Source of the DNA: Macrostomum lignano
Lineage: Eukaryota
Length of the DNA stretch: 39,942 nucleotides
Reading direction: 5' to 3'
NCBI GenBank assembly: GCA_002269645.1
Contig: NIVC01004638.1
Span: forward strand, 1 to 39,942
How positions within the stretch are numbered: the stretch's first letter is position 1; every line of letters begins with the position of its first letter. Shown one piece after another: positions 8,684-25,300 of this stretch. The notes beneath the pieces are model-generated. The model did not search any database, had not been told where the DNA came from, and saw only the letters and a program-made list of their open reading frames with translations. The position numbers were made by a program, and so were the translations under genes.

Positions 8684-8951
8684 AGTAGTATAGAAAAAGA
8701 CGCTTCTAGATCAGACCTTATTTTAATGGCCGTTTGTAAGGTCTTAAGAGGGGGGACGCGAGGGGGGTGTTGGGGAGTGTTTGGAAGTGTTGGGAAGTGA
8801 TTTTTATTGTTAGGGGTGATTATGGGTGATTAGATGTATTAATGGTGTTTAGATGTGTTTTTTTATTTACCCCCCGTGTCCCCCCTCTAGACCCTTAAAA
8901 CGGTAATTAAAAAAGTGCTCTGGGTCTAGAAGCGTCTTTTTATATACTACT
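8684..8951. repeat. Polinton terminus with an internal inverted copy (about 85-bp imperfect arms, about 100-bp spacer)
   Basis: 8684 onward reads AGTAGTATAGAAAAAGACGCTTCTAGA...AGAGGGGGGACGCG. The reverse complement of the end reads AGTAGTATATAAAAAGACGCTTCTAGA...AGAGGGGGGACACG. Confidence 0.9.
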
Positions 8952-9189
8952 TACGTTTCTCGGAGGTGTGCAGCCTGCAGGCAGTGCGGAGCCGGATGGA
9001 GGCTGGATCTGGGCGAGCTGCGGTCTCCCGATCGACTCAACTCTCTGGTGTTGCGGCGAGCCGAATGACTGGGAGGAACAGCAAAATGTAACCACCAGGT
9101 GGTACGACGCACCGAAACTGAGCGATCTTTCGCACCTCACGGCTAATGCTGCCGGCGTCTTGTGCGAGTGCCTTTCCCCGTTCGACTGA
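8952..9189 (+). pseudogene. 3' half of a host C-type lectin domain, truncated by the Polinton terminus
   Basis: Reads TFLGGVQPAGSAEPDGGWIWASCGLPIDSTLWCCGEPNDWEEQQN...LSD...VLCE*. Shows the W/FxGG, EPxGGWxW, W..GEPND and terminal CE hallmarks of C-type lectin domains. The frame runs directly into the Polinton end. Confidence 0.8.
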
Positions 9190-10243
9190 GATGAAGAAAA
9201 CTGACTGAATTGAAAATGATGTAGCCAGCCAGGACTCGTTAAATATTACTGTTCTGTCGGAGGGTTGTGCAAGATTTCTGTCGGTTTAATGGATGCAACC
9301 TAAAGCAACTCATCGATCACTTTGTTACACCTTTTTGTTAATTCTTATATTTAGTAGCGTGACTACTCAATCGTCAATGAGCAGTCACTGGTGGATACCC
9401 ACGAGTGCTTTACGAGATACTCACTCTCGTGACGAGACGTTGGACTGTTTTTTACACAGAATTATCATACGACAGACGCTAATATCGGATTCGGATCTGA
9501 GTATGAGTGGACTCAATGTCTATTGTGGAAAGCCTTCGGCATCTTATAGCCCAAGACCAATCTATAGAATTTTTATGGATGGCCATGAGCTTCAGTGACG
9601 ATTAGCCAAAGTATTAGATAAAGAACTATTATAACACTTTAGCATCACTACTATCAGTAGGCTACTATTTCATTGCAAGCACAATTTTTAAAACAGATGG
9701 AAACGGATGCATTGAGCTTGGTAGTGCCCACCCAGTTCACTAGAATGAAGCATGGATGGAATGCAGAATGGAGACTGTGCAGACAATGAACGAGACAGGA
9801 ATTCGAGTTACAACTAAATATTAATCTGGTTGTGATAAACAAAACAAAATTCGAACAATTATTTTTGTTACGTGTATTAATTCCGTTTTCATTCCGTTTC
9901 AAGCCAAAAGCAGAAACTTTTTCGTCACAACACATTTTGCTACAACGGCAATTTCTATATTAGCTGGACCAATAATTTTTGTTAAAAAGCACAAATCTTG
10001 GGCTATGCAGTTCGGACTAACTTCAGTTTCTAATCGGAGCAGAAAACAAAAGGAAATGTATGATTTTAATATGGAAAAATATGAAAAATGAAAGTTTTTA
10101 AAGCAATTTATATTGCGCAACAAAAGCTTCGCCGAAGCAGAGGGACTGTTTCTTCGCCGGTAGCTACTACTTCTAAGTAATAAAGGATGCTAAATTACTC
10201 AGCAATAGCAAAATAGAAAAGCAGGACTGAGGACAACTGAGAG

Positions 10244-14897
<4,654 letters not shown>

Positions 14898-15639
14898 TTG
14901 GGCTAATAGAGATAAGAGGCTTTTTCTGATCACCCCTGGCAGTGGCTTGGGTGGGGTGGTTGGCGCACAGCCCACCCCACTCCGCGAATTTCTAACCCGA
15001 CCAAATCGACAGCCAATCAGAGGCGACCTTCAAGACTCGGTTAAAAAAACATGAACGGTAAATCCACAGTCTGTCTAGCAGCAACACCGATACAATAACC
15101 CTTAAAAGTGAAGCACTGAAGTGCATGTTTTCACATGTTTTATATTTTAACCTCAGCTTATCTTCTTCAAAATTGTAATATTGTAAAAAACTGCAGTGGG
15201 CTTGCTGAGGTTATTGTATTATTAAGCTATCGTATAGGGCTTGTTTGTAGGACTCACTGTTATCTATTTTTTCTCTCCCTTGAGCTCTCATTTTATGGTC
15301 CAAGCCCAACAAAAAACCTACCACCCTCCCGGGAGTCCCCCGCATGCCAGCTACGAGCAGGGCCGCAAGGGTAAAGCCATTTTTTTTCAAAAATGCATAC
15401 AAATCTTGTGATACAGTCTTAGCTCGTTAAGCAAATGTTTTTATGATTCAAGGTTTTTCAAAGACAGCCCCCCTGGCCTGGAGAATATAGCTATAATCCA
15501 TCATTCCATTTGCCGTTCGTCTATTGCTTAAGCTATCTCTGCCTATCTTTCATGCGAGATAAATGTAACTATATGCTGCATAAATATTGGCTGGCAATGT
15601 GAATCCAGCAAAAACTGATAGATAGGGGGCTGCATCTTA

Positions 15640-15792
15640 AAGGCGTGTTCACATTACGGCTTGTAGCTCCTCAGCGGGTCAAAAGTTGCTCAAATGAATT
15701 TACAGTTGGTTCAGATCCATTTTAAAATTGATTTGAACAAACTGACCTAAAAATCCTGGATCCGCCACTGAGCGGCAATGTGAACAGGTCTT
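15640..15792. mobile_element. Putative PIF/Harbinger-like MITE, about 150 bp
   Basis: Imperfect TIRs of about 21 bp (AAGGCGTGTTCACATTACGGC versus reverse complement AAGACCTGTTCACATTGCCGC) flanked by TTA/TAA. Confidence 0.5.
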
Positions 15793-16374
15793 TAAAAACC
15801 GACAAGCTGAAATTATGGTAATCGTAGATGTTATAACAATTAAAATTTCGAACTCACTTGGCTGCTACCTTGACTCCCCTTGGTCTCCCGACACCTCACC
15901 GACTGGCAGACCCGATCGCCACTGAAACCTGTCTGAGAACATTAAGCTTTGCAATCATAACTAAATGTTCAAATGTTTTTCTGTAAGTAATTGAAAGCAC
16001 AAATATATTTTTCTCTATTTTACCGCGATGGTAAACATAGGTAAAAATTTACCGTTGTCAAAAACGCGTTTATTTCTCAGAAACAATAGTTCTCCGTCGG
16101 GACTTGCTCAAAGATGTTTATTTATCTGGCGTGGGTCAGAAACTTCGTTGAAAATCCGATTCGAAAAGTGCAAACTGTGACAGTTGCAACCAAACGCTAG
16201 AGAACCTTGGTAGTGCTGATTTAAAAAGTTAATATGTAATTTGTGTCTTGATCGCAGACCGTTTCTTTCTCATTATAAAAATAATTTGGACAGGAATTTA
16301 ATGTACTTGAATTACTGTATCTTGGTTTGAATATTACTCCGAGTTTTGTCTACGATGACATGGCATATTCCAGA

Positions 16375-19300
16375 TCAGCCCTTCGTCTTGGTGAGGCTGA
16401 AGCCTCCCCCGGTGAACCTGGCCTGGTCGGTGCGCTGCGGCTGGATCGGCGGGTTGCCGGGGGCGCCGCCCATCTGCAGCGCCTCGATGGCGCGCTCTCT
16501 TTCACGTACAGCCTGCTCTTTCTTCTTCTGCTGGAAGTATTTTTTCTTCACCTCCTGCAGTTCGCGGGCCAGCTTCTCAATTTCGTATTTGTACTCCTTG
16601 ATCTGCGACTCGTACATGTTTGTCTCGGCGGCCATGGCCTGTTGCGTGTTGGGATATAAAGCGTGGAGTTTAAATTTAAGAGTCTCTTTCTTATCAGGCT
16701 ACTGTCGCAAGTGTTTCAGTAGAAGCGGGAGGTAGTAATCAGTATTATTGACTTTTAAAGGAGAAACGACGTATAAACACAAAATACATTCCAGCGACTC
16801 ACCTTCATTTGCTTGGTCTTGTCCCTCAGCGTCTGCTGATAGATTGACAGCTGCTCAGCAACCTCTGGTCCCGGCTGTCTAGCCAAGATGTGCTTTAGTT
16901 CGATGTAAAGCTTTTCCTTTTCCTGGATAAGTAGCTCTTTCTCCACAACTTCCTCCGTTTTGAGAATCAGGCGCTTCTGCAGCGTCTGAATCTTTTGGAT
17001 CATCTCGTACGTGGATGGGTCGCTGCCCTGTAGATTTGGAGATTGTTGAGTGTATTTCAGTTAACGAAGCAAAATTGGCAGTAAGAGAGACCAAAAGAGA
17101 CAATTCAAGTGGCAAAACGATTATGAGAACTCACTTCCAACTTGCGCCAGCGGTGCACATTCATCGGATTCTCCAGCTCCTCTTCGAGCGCCTTGCACCT
17201 GGTCCGCTCCCTCAGCAACTCCTTCTGCAGGTGGTAGACCTCCCGGCGCAGCTCGTCAACATTGTGCACAGTCCGCTGGAGAAGCGCCTTCTCTCTGCGC
17301 AGCTTCTTGATCTCCAGTTTCAGCACGCGAATGTCCTCCAAGCGCTGGTTGTACTGCACTTCGCCCTTGTTCAGCAGCGACTGCTGGATCTTGATCTTCT
17401 CGTACAGCAGGGCCAGCTCGTCGTTGCGACGAACCAGCTGAGTGCCGAGGATGTCCCTCTCGCTGACCAGCTTGTCCAGCTCCTTCTTCTGGCGAAGTCT
17501 CTCGGCATCCGCCTCGTTGATCATCTTAGTCAGTTTCTTCTTCTCAACCTCCTGAGCCTCGATGTAGTCGCTGTTCTCCTTGTGCAGCTTCTTCATAGCC
17601 TGCAGCTCTTTGCTGAGCTGGTCCTTCTCCTTCTCCACCTTCTGTCGCTCCATGTTCTCCTTGACCAGCTGGCCGTCCTTCATGGCCGTCTCCTCCTTCA
17701 GCTGGTCAATCTGGTGCGACATGATCTTGTGCTTCCGCTTCAGTTCCGTGATCTCATCCTGGGCCTCGATCAGGTTCTTGCTGTACAGGTTTCGGTCGCT
17801 GCGGACGGCCTCATACAGATTCTGCTGCTGTCGAAGGCGAGTCTCGGCCTCGGCAATCTTCTTCTTGTAGTCGAAGATCTGCATTTCGCGCACCTTCACA
17901 TCCTCCATATGCTGTAGCACCTTCTGCGTCAGGTCTGAGGCCTCGTTGATGTACCGATCTCGCTCCTTTTCCAACTGGTAGATGATCTTGCGCTGTTTCT
18001 GCGCCTCATCTTTGTAGTTCTCAATCTCCTGCTCCAGAGTTTTCTTCGAGGCCTCGTGCAGCTTCACCATGCCGCGCTGCTTCTCCGTGGCGTTGGCCGC
18101 CTTGATGAGATTTTTGTTGAGAATGTCGCGCTCTCTGGTCAGCTCGTCGACAACCTTCTTGTCCTGTTCGTTGGCCTTCTTGATCAGGTCCATCTCTGCA
18201 CAATGATGATGGGACGGTGTTAGCGCGTGATAGAATCTTTTTGTAGGAACTGGTCCTCTAAACCAGTTCATGCATTCAAAGCCTGGTCTTACCCTTCTCC
18301 ATGCCGTGAATCTCATTCTTGAGCTGTTCTCTCTGGCCTTCCAGGTTGCTTTTGTTGTCCTCGGTGAGGCGCAGCTTTCGTAGCGTCGTCTCGCGAACTC
18401 GCACGAGCTTTTGAATTTCACTCTTCAGCGAATTCACTTCGTCCTCGCGTTGCTGTGTTGTTGGTAAGACAGTGGAAATGTTTATTCCTGCTTTGAATAT
18501 TTTATTTTAAATATAGAATATCAGGTAATCATTTTAGACCATTAACTCACCTTGAGCTCTAGAGTCTTCGACTGGTTGTCTCCGATGAGCTGCTGCACCC
18601 GCTGACGCTGATCGTTGAGTACCATTGTGTCATCCTTGATCTTGGTCTCCAGGAAGTGCTGGTGCCGCTGGGCCTTCTCCAGCTCGGCTTTGGTCGCTCG
18701 GATCTCCTCCTCTCGGGTTTTGTTCTCCTGGGTCACCCCGGCCAGCCGAGATCGCAGAGTTTGAATCTCGCCCTCTTTAGCCTCGGCTTCCGCTTTCGCC
18801 TGTTTGAGATCGCGCTCCATTTTCTCCTTCTTGCGCTGCTCGCGGGTGGCCTCGCTGTTCTTGGTTTGGATCTCCTGCTCCAGCTCGGCCACCTTCGTCT
18901 GACAGTCGGTCAGGTCCGTCTCCAGCCGCAGCTTTTGCGACTTGTTCTCTTCAAGCTCATCTCTCAGATGGCTGTTCTGCTGCATGAGTTCGTCGCGCTG
19001 CTTCGTAAGCTCCTCCTTTGCCTCAAGCAGCTCGCTGACGTTCTGATCCTGACCAGAGGTTAAGCCGGCACCCTGCTCCACCAGCTTGCTGAGATTGGCG
19101 ATTTCCAGTTTCAAGCTCTGGATAGTGTCGCGAGCTCGAGCCTCTTTGTCGTGAGCAGCGTCCACCATCTTCCAGGCTTTCTCGATCTCCTTTTTCAGCG
19201 AAGCAATGGTAGCCTGGTCTTCCTCTGAGAGTTTCAATGCAGAGGTCATCTTGGCCGAGTTGGCCACAATTTCAGCCTTGAGCTCGCGACACTTCTGCAT

Positions 19301-20095
19301 CAGTCGCTTTTCGCTCTCGTGGCTCTTTTGCAGGGCGCGCATCAGCTTCTCGTATTCGAGTTTGAACTTGTCCAGGCCTTTGTTGCCCTGCAGCTCCTGC
19401 AGCACTTCCTGGAAGTCTTTCTCAAGCGTGTCGAACGCTGAGTCATCCATCATACCCTTTTCCTTTCGGTCCTCCTTCTCCTGTGAACAAGTTAGTATGG
19501 TTTAAATTCTTAAAGTTGATTATAAAGTACCAGCTATCCTTTAATTATATAAGTTGACAATGTTTGCTTTCGTATATTCAAAATTATTTCCTTGCCAGCA
19601 AAAATTGTAGCCATTCGTAGCAATCGTGATTTCATAAGGTGGCATACAAATAATAATCACATTTATTCAGATAAGCAAATATATCTAAATTCTTTAAAAT
19701 ATAATGTATGTCTGTCTATATTGTCATTTTATGAAACTGTGCATTAATGAAATTTACATGATTGACGGATTAAGAAAAGCATCAGAAAACTGGAAACTGG
19801 AAGCATCAGGAACAAGCTCTTAGCATTTATCGATACATCATTGACATTATTATCAAACAATGTCTTGGTAATTTCAGTCTCAGCAATTTTACAATATAGT
19901 ATTGTATATTTTTAATCCAGATTTTGGTTTTGGGTTAGATTAATTTTGGTCTTGTTGGTTAATAAATCTTGGTTAATAAATCTTTAAAGATAAATTTTCT
20001 TAATTTTTAAAAATAGTTCTCTTTTCAGAATAAAATTTCACTCTTGGAAAAAATGGAAGAAAAATTCTATAAGTAAAAAATCTTACCTCAGTCAT
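16375..20095 (-). CDS. CFAP58: Cilia- and flagella-associated protein 58 (CCDC147), 882 aa; exons 20095-20087, 19480-18551, 18452-18293, 18195-17135, 17027-16803, 16638-16375
   Basis: Recognisable segments SAFDTLEKDFQEVL, NSAKMTSALKLSEEDQATIASLKKEIEKAWKMVDAA, YEAVRSDRNLYSKNL, MNVHRWRKLEGSDP, ARQPGPEVAEQL, RFTGGGF. All junctions are GT-AG and in phase. The 9-nt first coding exon is the least certain part. Confidence 0.95.
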
Positions 20096-22348
20096 TTCAG
20101 TGCCTTTGTGCACTTACTTTGAACGCTTTATACAGGTGTTCTATATACTATTGTAGTTGGAATTGAATGAATCTTCTGTTGTGCGACGATTTTCGGAACA
20201 AATAATTTCAATGCAAGATTCAAACAGTCTCGTTAGTATTGGTTTCCATAGGTTATGTGTACTTATTTGCTTTAATGATTAATTAAGTTCGTATAAAACC
20301 TGTATAAATATGAAAAATATCTTCTTAAAATGAAATCTAGTCGCAAAGACACAGAAAAAAAAGTAGGTTTTGTTTTAATGTATAACTTTTTCCGCAACTT
20401 AAAACCGTTAGACGAACGAAACGAAGCAAGACAGTTCCTATCGTCACAAGCCCATCTTCATTCGTGGTTTTGTATTCTAAATTTTGCTATACTGTTTTGT
20501 TTTGTTTTTGTTTTAAAGCCTACTACAGTTTCTAAATTTTTAGAGTTCGATTAACATCGGATTTAGCATTTTTTTACTTACTCTAAAATAATTAAAGAAT
20601 CGTTTATGCCATGTACTTCACGTACGTGTTTGTTAAATTGTTAAGAATAAAAAACTATTTCGACATTTAGATTGATAGTTTTTTACTTTCAATAGTTTTT
20701 TAACTTAAGTACGTTATTTGATATCTGATAAATTCAGAAACATTCCTAACTAAATTAAAAGACCTTAACTTGCTTGCATATAGGGAATTCTAATTGAAAA
20801 AAGTTTTTTTCAAATTCTAACATTCAACATTGCGTATACCAAGGACCACTGTAGTAGTGGGGTTCGTGTTGGCAGAGTGCTTCTACTACAGTGGTCCTTG
20901 ACGCATGTATGCATAGATACACACGCTCGTATAAGTACTAAGTAATCTAAAATTAGTGAGTTCTAGGAAAGAGTTTTGCAAAAGAATCGGTGACAATAAA
21001 TAACAACAAAAAATTCTGTGCATTAAGTACAACGCGTTCGTTGTAGGCCGGCTGATTAATTATATGAAGCCGTATTTAAGACAAAGAGACAAAATGAGTC
21101 ACGTGAGGCCTAATTATAAATTATGTATTGAATTATTATGTATTCAATGGATTATTATGTATTCCATTGTGCTGCTTTCGTTTTTTATACATTGTGCAAT
21201 TATAGCTTTCTGCGTTCTAGTTTGAACTGCGGGCTTTTAATTTGGACACAGAAGTTAAGCAAAGCCCAGAGAATGCTGGCTAGTCTATGGTACAAACCAG
21301 AAGCAACGGACGGGCTTTTAAATTCGACAGCGGGCACAAATTTGGACACAGAAGACAAAAAGATCAAAGTTAAGAACGACAGTAATCAGTTTTTGTCGGT
21401 AGGTTATGAATTGATCTGTATATTTATTGACCCAAACATTGAACTTATCCAAACCGTTAAATACAATTTTCTAAAACTTTAAACTTTAAGACTCTTGCAT
21501 TGTCAGAGCCTGTTTCTTCCTTCCAAAAACTCGTCGTTGTATCACAGGAGCTACATGTAATCTGATTAATGTTTTATAAATCAATACAAGAAAAATATAG
21601 TCATATTCAAATCAAATTTTTAACAAACACCAATTTACCATCTGAGGCCACAGATTCAAAATATTATTTATTTTCATAGAAAATCTAAATATAACCCGCA
21701 GCTTATAAAACACGGCATTTCACCCATCATTTATCCGGACAAATGGAGAAATCCGAGACCGAAATCGTGGACGATTTTATCCAGCCTCGACAGGCCAGCC
21801 CAAGCTCTCGATATTCCGATTCGAGATTCGACAGGAAGCTATAAAGATCCCAGTCGCATAAATCCGTGTGGGATTAGCAGCATCCACCGCCGCTGGTACA
21901 GTATAAGCCATTAGCAAAGTGCCCCACCCATCACTTCATTCTCTCTCCCTCCTGTTTCTCTCTCTGTCCGTCTGAGCGCTCCCTCCAGCGCCACTATTGG
22001 CCCATCCGTAGACACTGCTGCCGTTGGGAGGGGCCGCCGGCCTGCGCCACTGGCAAGTTTTTGGGCACGGCGCACGGCGCTAAGGTTGGTCGGGCAACAC
22101 GGATGAAAGGGAGCGAGCATGCAGAGGCTGAGAGAGAGGGGGGAGGGAGAATAAAACCGGGCGTGGTTCGAGAGATCGCGATGAGGCTCTGAGCATCTGA
22201 AAAGCTCACACGAGCCACTCTGGATGCTCATCTATACTGACGCTGCGGAGATTAAGGAGCCAAACTGGTACGATATCCCCGGATTCATCTCAAGAATCTT
22301 GAGCAGTATCATCCCGGATAGCACGAGAAGACAGGTCAGCCAGCAACA

Positions 22349-25300
22349 ATGGAGACTCAATCGGGCAGCAGCGTAGGCGGAGTCTCTGGAGCTTTGGCTG
22401 AGTGAGTTCAATGATACAGAATCCCCATAGAACAGTGTGTATGAGCAGTTCAATGATACAGAATCCCCATGGAACAGTGTGTATGAGCAGTTCAATGATA
22501 CAGAATCCCCATAGAACAGTGTGTATGAGCAGTTCAATGATACAGAATCCCCATGGAACAGTGTGTATGAGCAGTTCAATGATACAGAATCCCCATAGAA
22601 CAGTGTGTATGAGCAGTTCAATGATACAGAATCCCCATGGAACAGTGTGTATGAGCAGTTCAATGATACAGAATCCCCATGGAACAGTGTGTATGAGCAG
22701 TTCAATGATACAGAATCCCCATAGAACAGTGTGTATGAGCAGTTCAATGATACAGAATCCCCATAGAACAGCGTGTATGAGCAGTTCAATGATACAGAAT
22801 CCCCATAGAACAGTGTGTATGAGCAGTTCAATGATACAGAATCGCAGTGAGCTGGTGCAGAACCGAATAACATAAACAACTTAACAGATACATAAATTCC
22901 CTGGAAACCGCGTCACGCCCACACGCTTGCAGGAGCGGTGACACCAAGGAGGTGCTCAGCATGCGGAGCAGCCGCCTAGAATGCCTCACCGCCGGGCTGG
23001 TGCTCGCAGACCTGGCGCTCGTGACCCACCAGCTCGCACTGGATGCCTCCAGCGGCGAGTCCTCTGGAAATAAAAACTGTAAGAATTACAGTTGGTGCAA
23101 GAAGGAAACCAACAGTTAGAATTGATTAAAATAATCCATTTCAATGTTTCGGGACAAAAATGATTTCCAGATACGGTCACTGCTCCACCGAAATGGCAAC
23201 AGGGCAGGAATCAGTTTTTCACGGCTGTTCTCATATTCAGCGTAATCTTCGTCATTGAGGTGAGTACATTCGTTTGTCGTCATGCTTTCACGTTTCCGCC
23301 TCTTATATATAAAAATATTGTTTTGTAGAGCGTCTGGCGAAATGGCAGAAATCTGATGAAACATCGACGGCTGCTTGCTTTGGATGTGAGACTTGGATTT
23401 GACGACAAATATGCTATTATTCGAATCCTAATTCAAACTTTTACCATGTTAAACAAAACCTCAGCTGATAAGCAAGCCCTCAATCCTCCACCCACCTCAC
23501 GCCTCCATCTACCTCACTAATCCACCCACTTCACTTCTCCACCCACCTCACTCCTCCACCCACTTCACTCCTCCGCCCTCCTCACTCCTCCGCCCACCTC
23601 ACTCCTCCGCCCTCCTCACTCCTCCGCCCACCTCACTCCTCCGCCCACCTCACTCCTCCGCCCACCTCACTCCTCTGCCCACCTCACTCCTCCACCCACC
23701 TCACTCCTCTGCCCACCTCACTCCTCCACCCACCTCACTCCTCCACCCACCTCACTCCTCCACCCACCTCACTCCTCCACCCACCTCACTCCTCCACCCA
23801 CCTCACTCCTCCGCCCACCTGACTCGTCCAGCATCCACTCTGCAGCATCAAAACTAGAAAAAACCGTGACCCTTTTTTCAACCAAGGCCTTCGACTGTTG
23901 CGTGTGCATCGGCAGCTGCTTGGTAAATTTCGGGCTGCACTTCAGCGGTGCCAAAAAACTGCTGCGAGACCTGCTAGCGCTGCTGGTGGCGGCTCGGCTA
24001 AGCAGGACCGTGCAGCTCTGCCGAGGTGAGCCGCTTCATAGAGCATTTGTTCAGGTAAAAATGACTTCGCGTAACTCAGGCACACCGCTGCAATGCAGGC
24101 CTGAGCTACACCGAAAAGCAGCGGCTCATTCAGCTGCTCAATAGTCAGCATCAAGTTGAAGCCGCCGGCGCTGAGAGGCTGCGAAAGCTGCAGACGGAAC
24201 TGGCCAACAGGGACCTTGAGTGCCAGGACCTGCGAGCGCTCATCAAGGCAGCAACTTTGTCCAGACACCGGCTGAAGATGAGTGAGTTGCCTGGTTCAAA
24301 GTGTTTGCTTGCGGCCAGTCTGAGTATCTCATGGGTTATATCAGAATCTCATCTCAGGATCTCAAAGCTATCTCTAAAATCTCATCTCAGTATCTCATGG
24401 GCCATCACTAAAATCTAATCTCAGAATCTTACAGCCAATTCTAAAAATCTCATAGCCAAATTTAAAATCTCATCCGGTATCCCATAGCCAAATCTAAAAT
24501 CTCATCTCAGTATCCCATAGCCATCTCCAAAATCTCATCTCAGTATCTCATAGTCATCAATGAAATCTTATCTCAGTATCTCATGGGCCATCATTCTAAA
24601 ATCTCATCTCAGTATCTCATAGCCATCCCTAAAATCTCATCGCAGAGCAACAGTTGCAAATGGAGAAGCCGCTACCAGAGCATCGAATGCTGTCACCGCC
24701 GCCATCGACTCCAACGGAGCGAGTCTCCCAGCATCAGCAGCGCCATCACCCGTACGACTCGGGGCACAGCTCGGACTCGGCGCCGGAGAGCCCGCAGGAG
24801 CCGGAGCCGGCCGCGGCAATCCAGCCAGACGAGGACCAGCAGGTGATGGGTGAAGCTGCGGCATCAGAGCAAGGACAACTTAAGTTTAACAAAGTGACTT
24901 CAGTGGTCCTTGCATCCGAGACCGATAAGGCTGAAGGTGCGTGCTGGTGGGTCATGGGATTATGGAAAGTGGGTCATGGGATTATGGAAAGTGGGTCATG
25001 GGATTATGGAAAGTGGGTCATGGTATTATGGAAAGTGGGTCATAGGATTATAGAAAGTGGGTCATGGGATTATAGAAAGTGGGTCATGGGATTATGGAAA
25101 GTGGGTCATGGGATTATAGAAAGTGTGTCATGGGATTATGGAAAGTGGGTCATGGGATTATTGAATCTGGGTCATAGGATGATATAATCGGAGTCATTGG
25201 ATTATTGAATCTGAGTCATAGGATTTTGGAATCTGGGTCATGGGATTATTGAATCTGGGTCATGGGATTATGGAAAGTGGGTCATGGGATGATAGTGTTG

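Larger units (their letters stand above)
1..8951. mobile_element. Polinton/Maverick (adintovirus-like) element, right-hand part, decaying; continues beyond the left edge of the window
   Basis: AT-rich, intronless, densely packed ORFs including a protein-primed PolB and GG-LP/GxGL core-type proteins. Ends in ...AAGCGTCTTTTTATATACTACT at 8951 (reverse complement starts AGTAGT, a typical Polinton terminus), followed by an abrupt switch to GC-rich host coding sequence. Integrase, packaging ATPase, protease and capsid genes are not in the window. Confidence 0.93.

Noticed and set aside
16327-19505. Plus-strand ORFs over CFAP58 (16327-16735, 17015-17917, 17580-17870, 18656-19063, 19206-19505)
   Set aside because: Antisense shadows of a GC-rich coiled-coil gene.
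22232-22879. ORFs 22232-22879 (-) and 22402-22875 (+)
   Set aside because: Products of the 42-bp array. The non-repetitive part is better explained by the plus-strand voltage-sensor gene.
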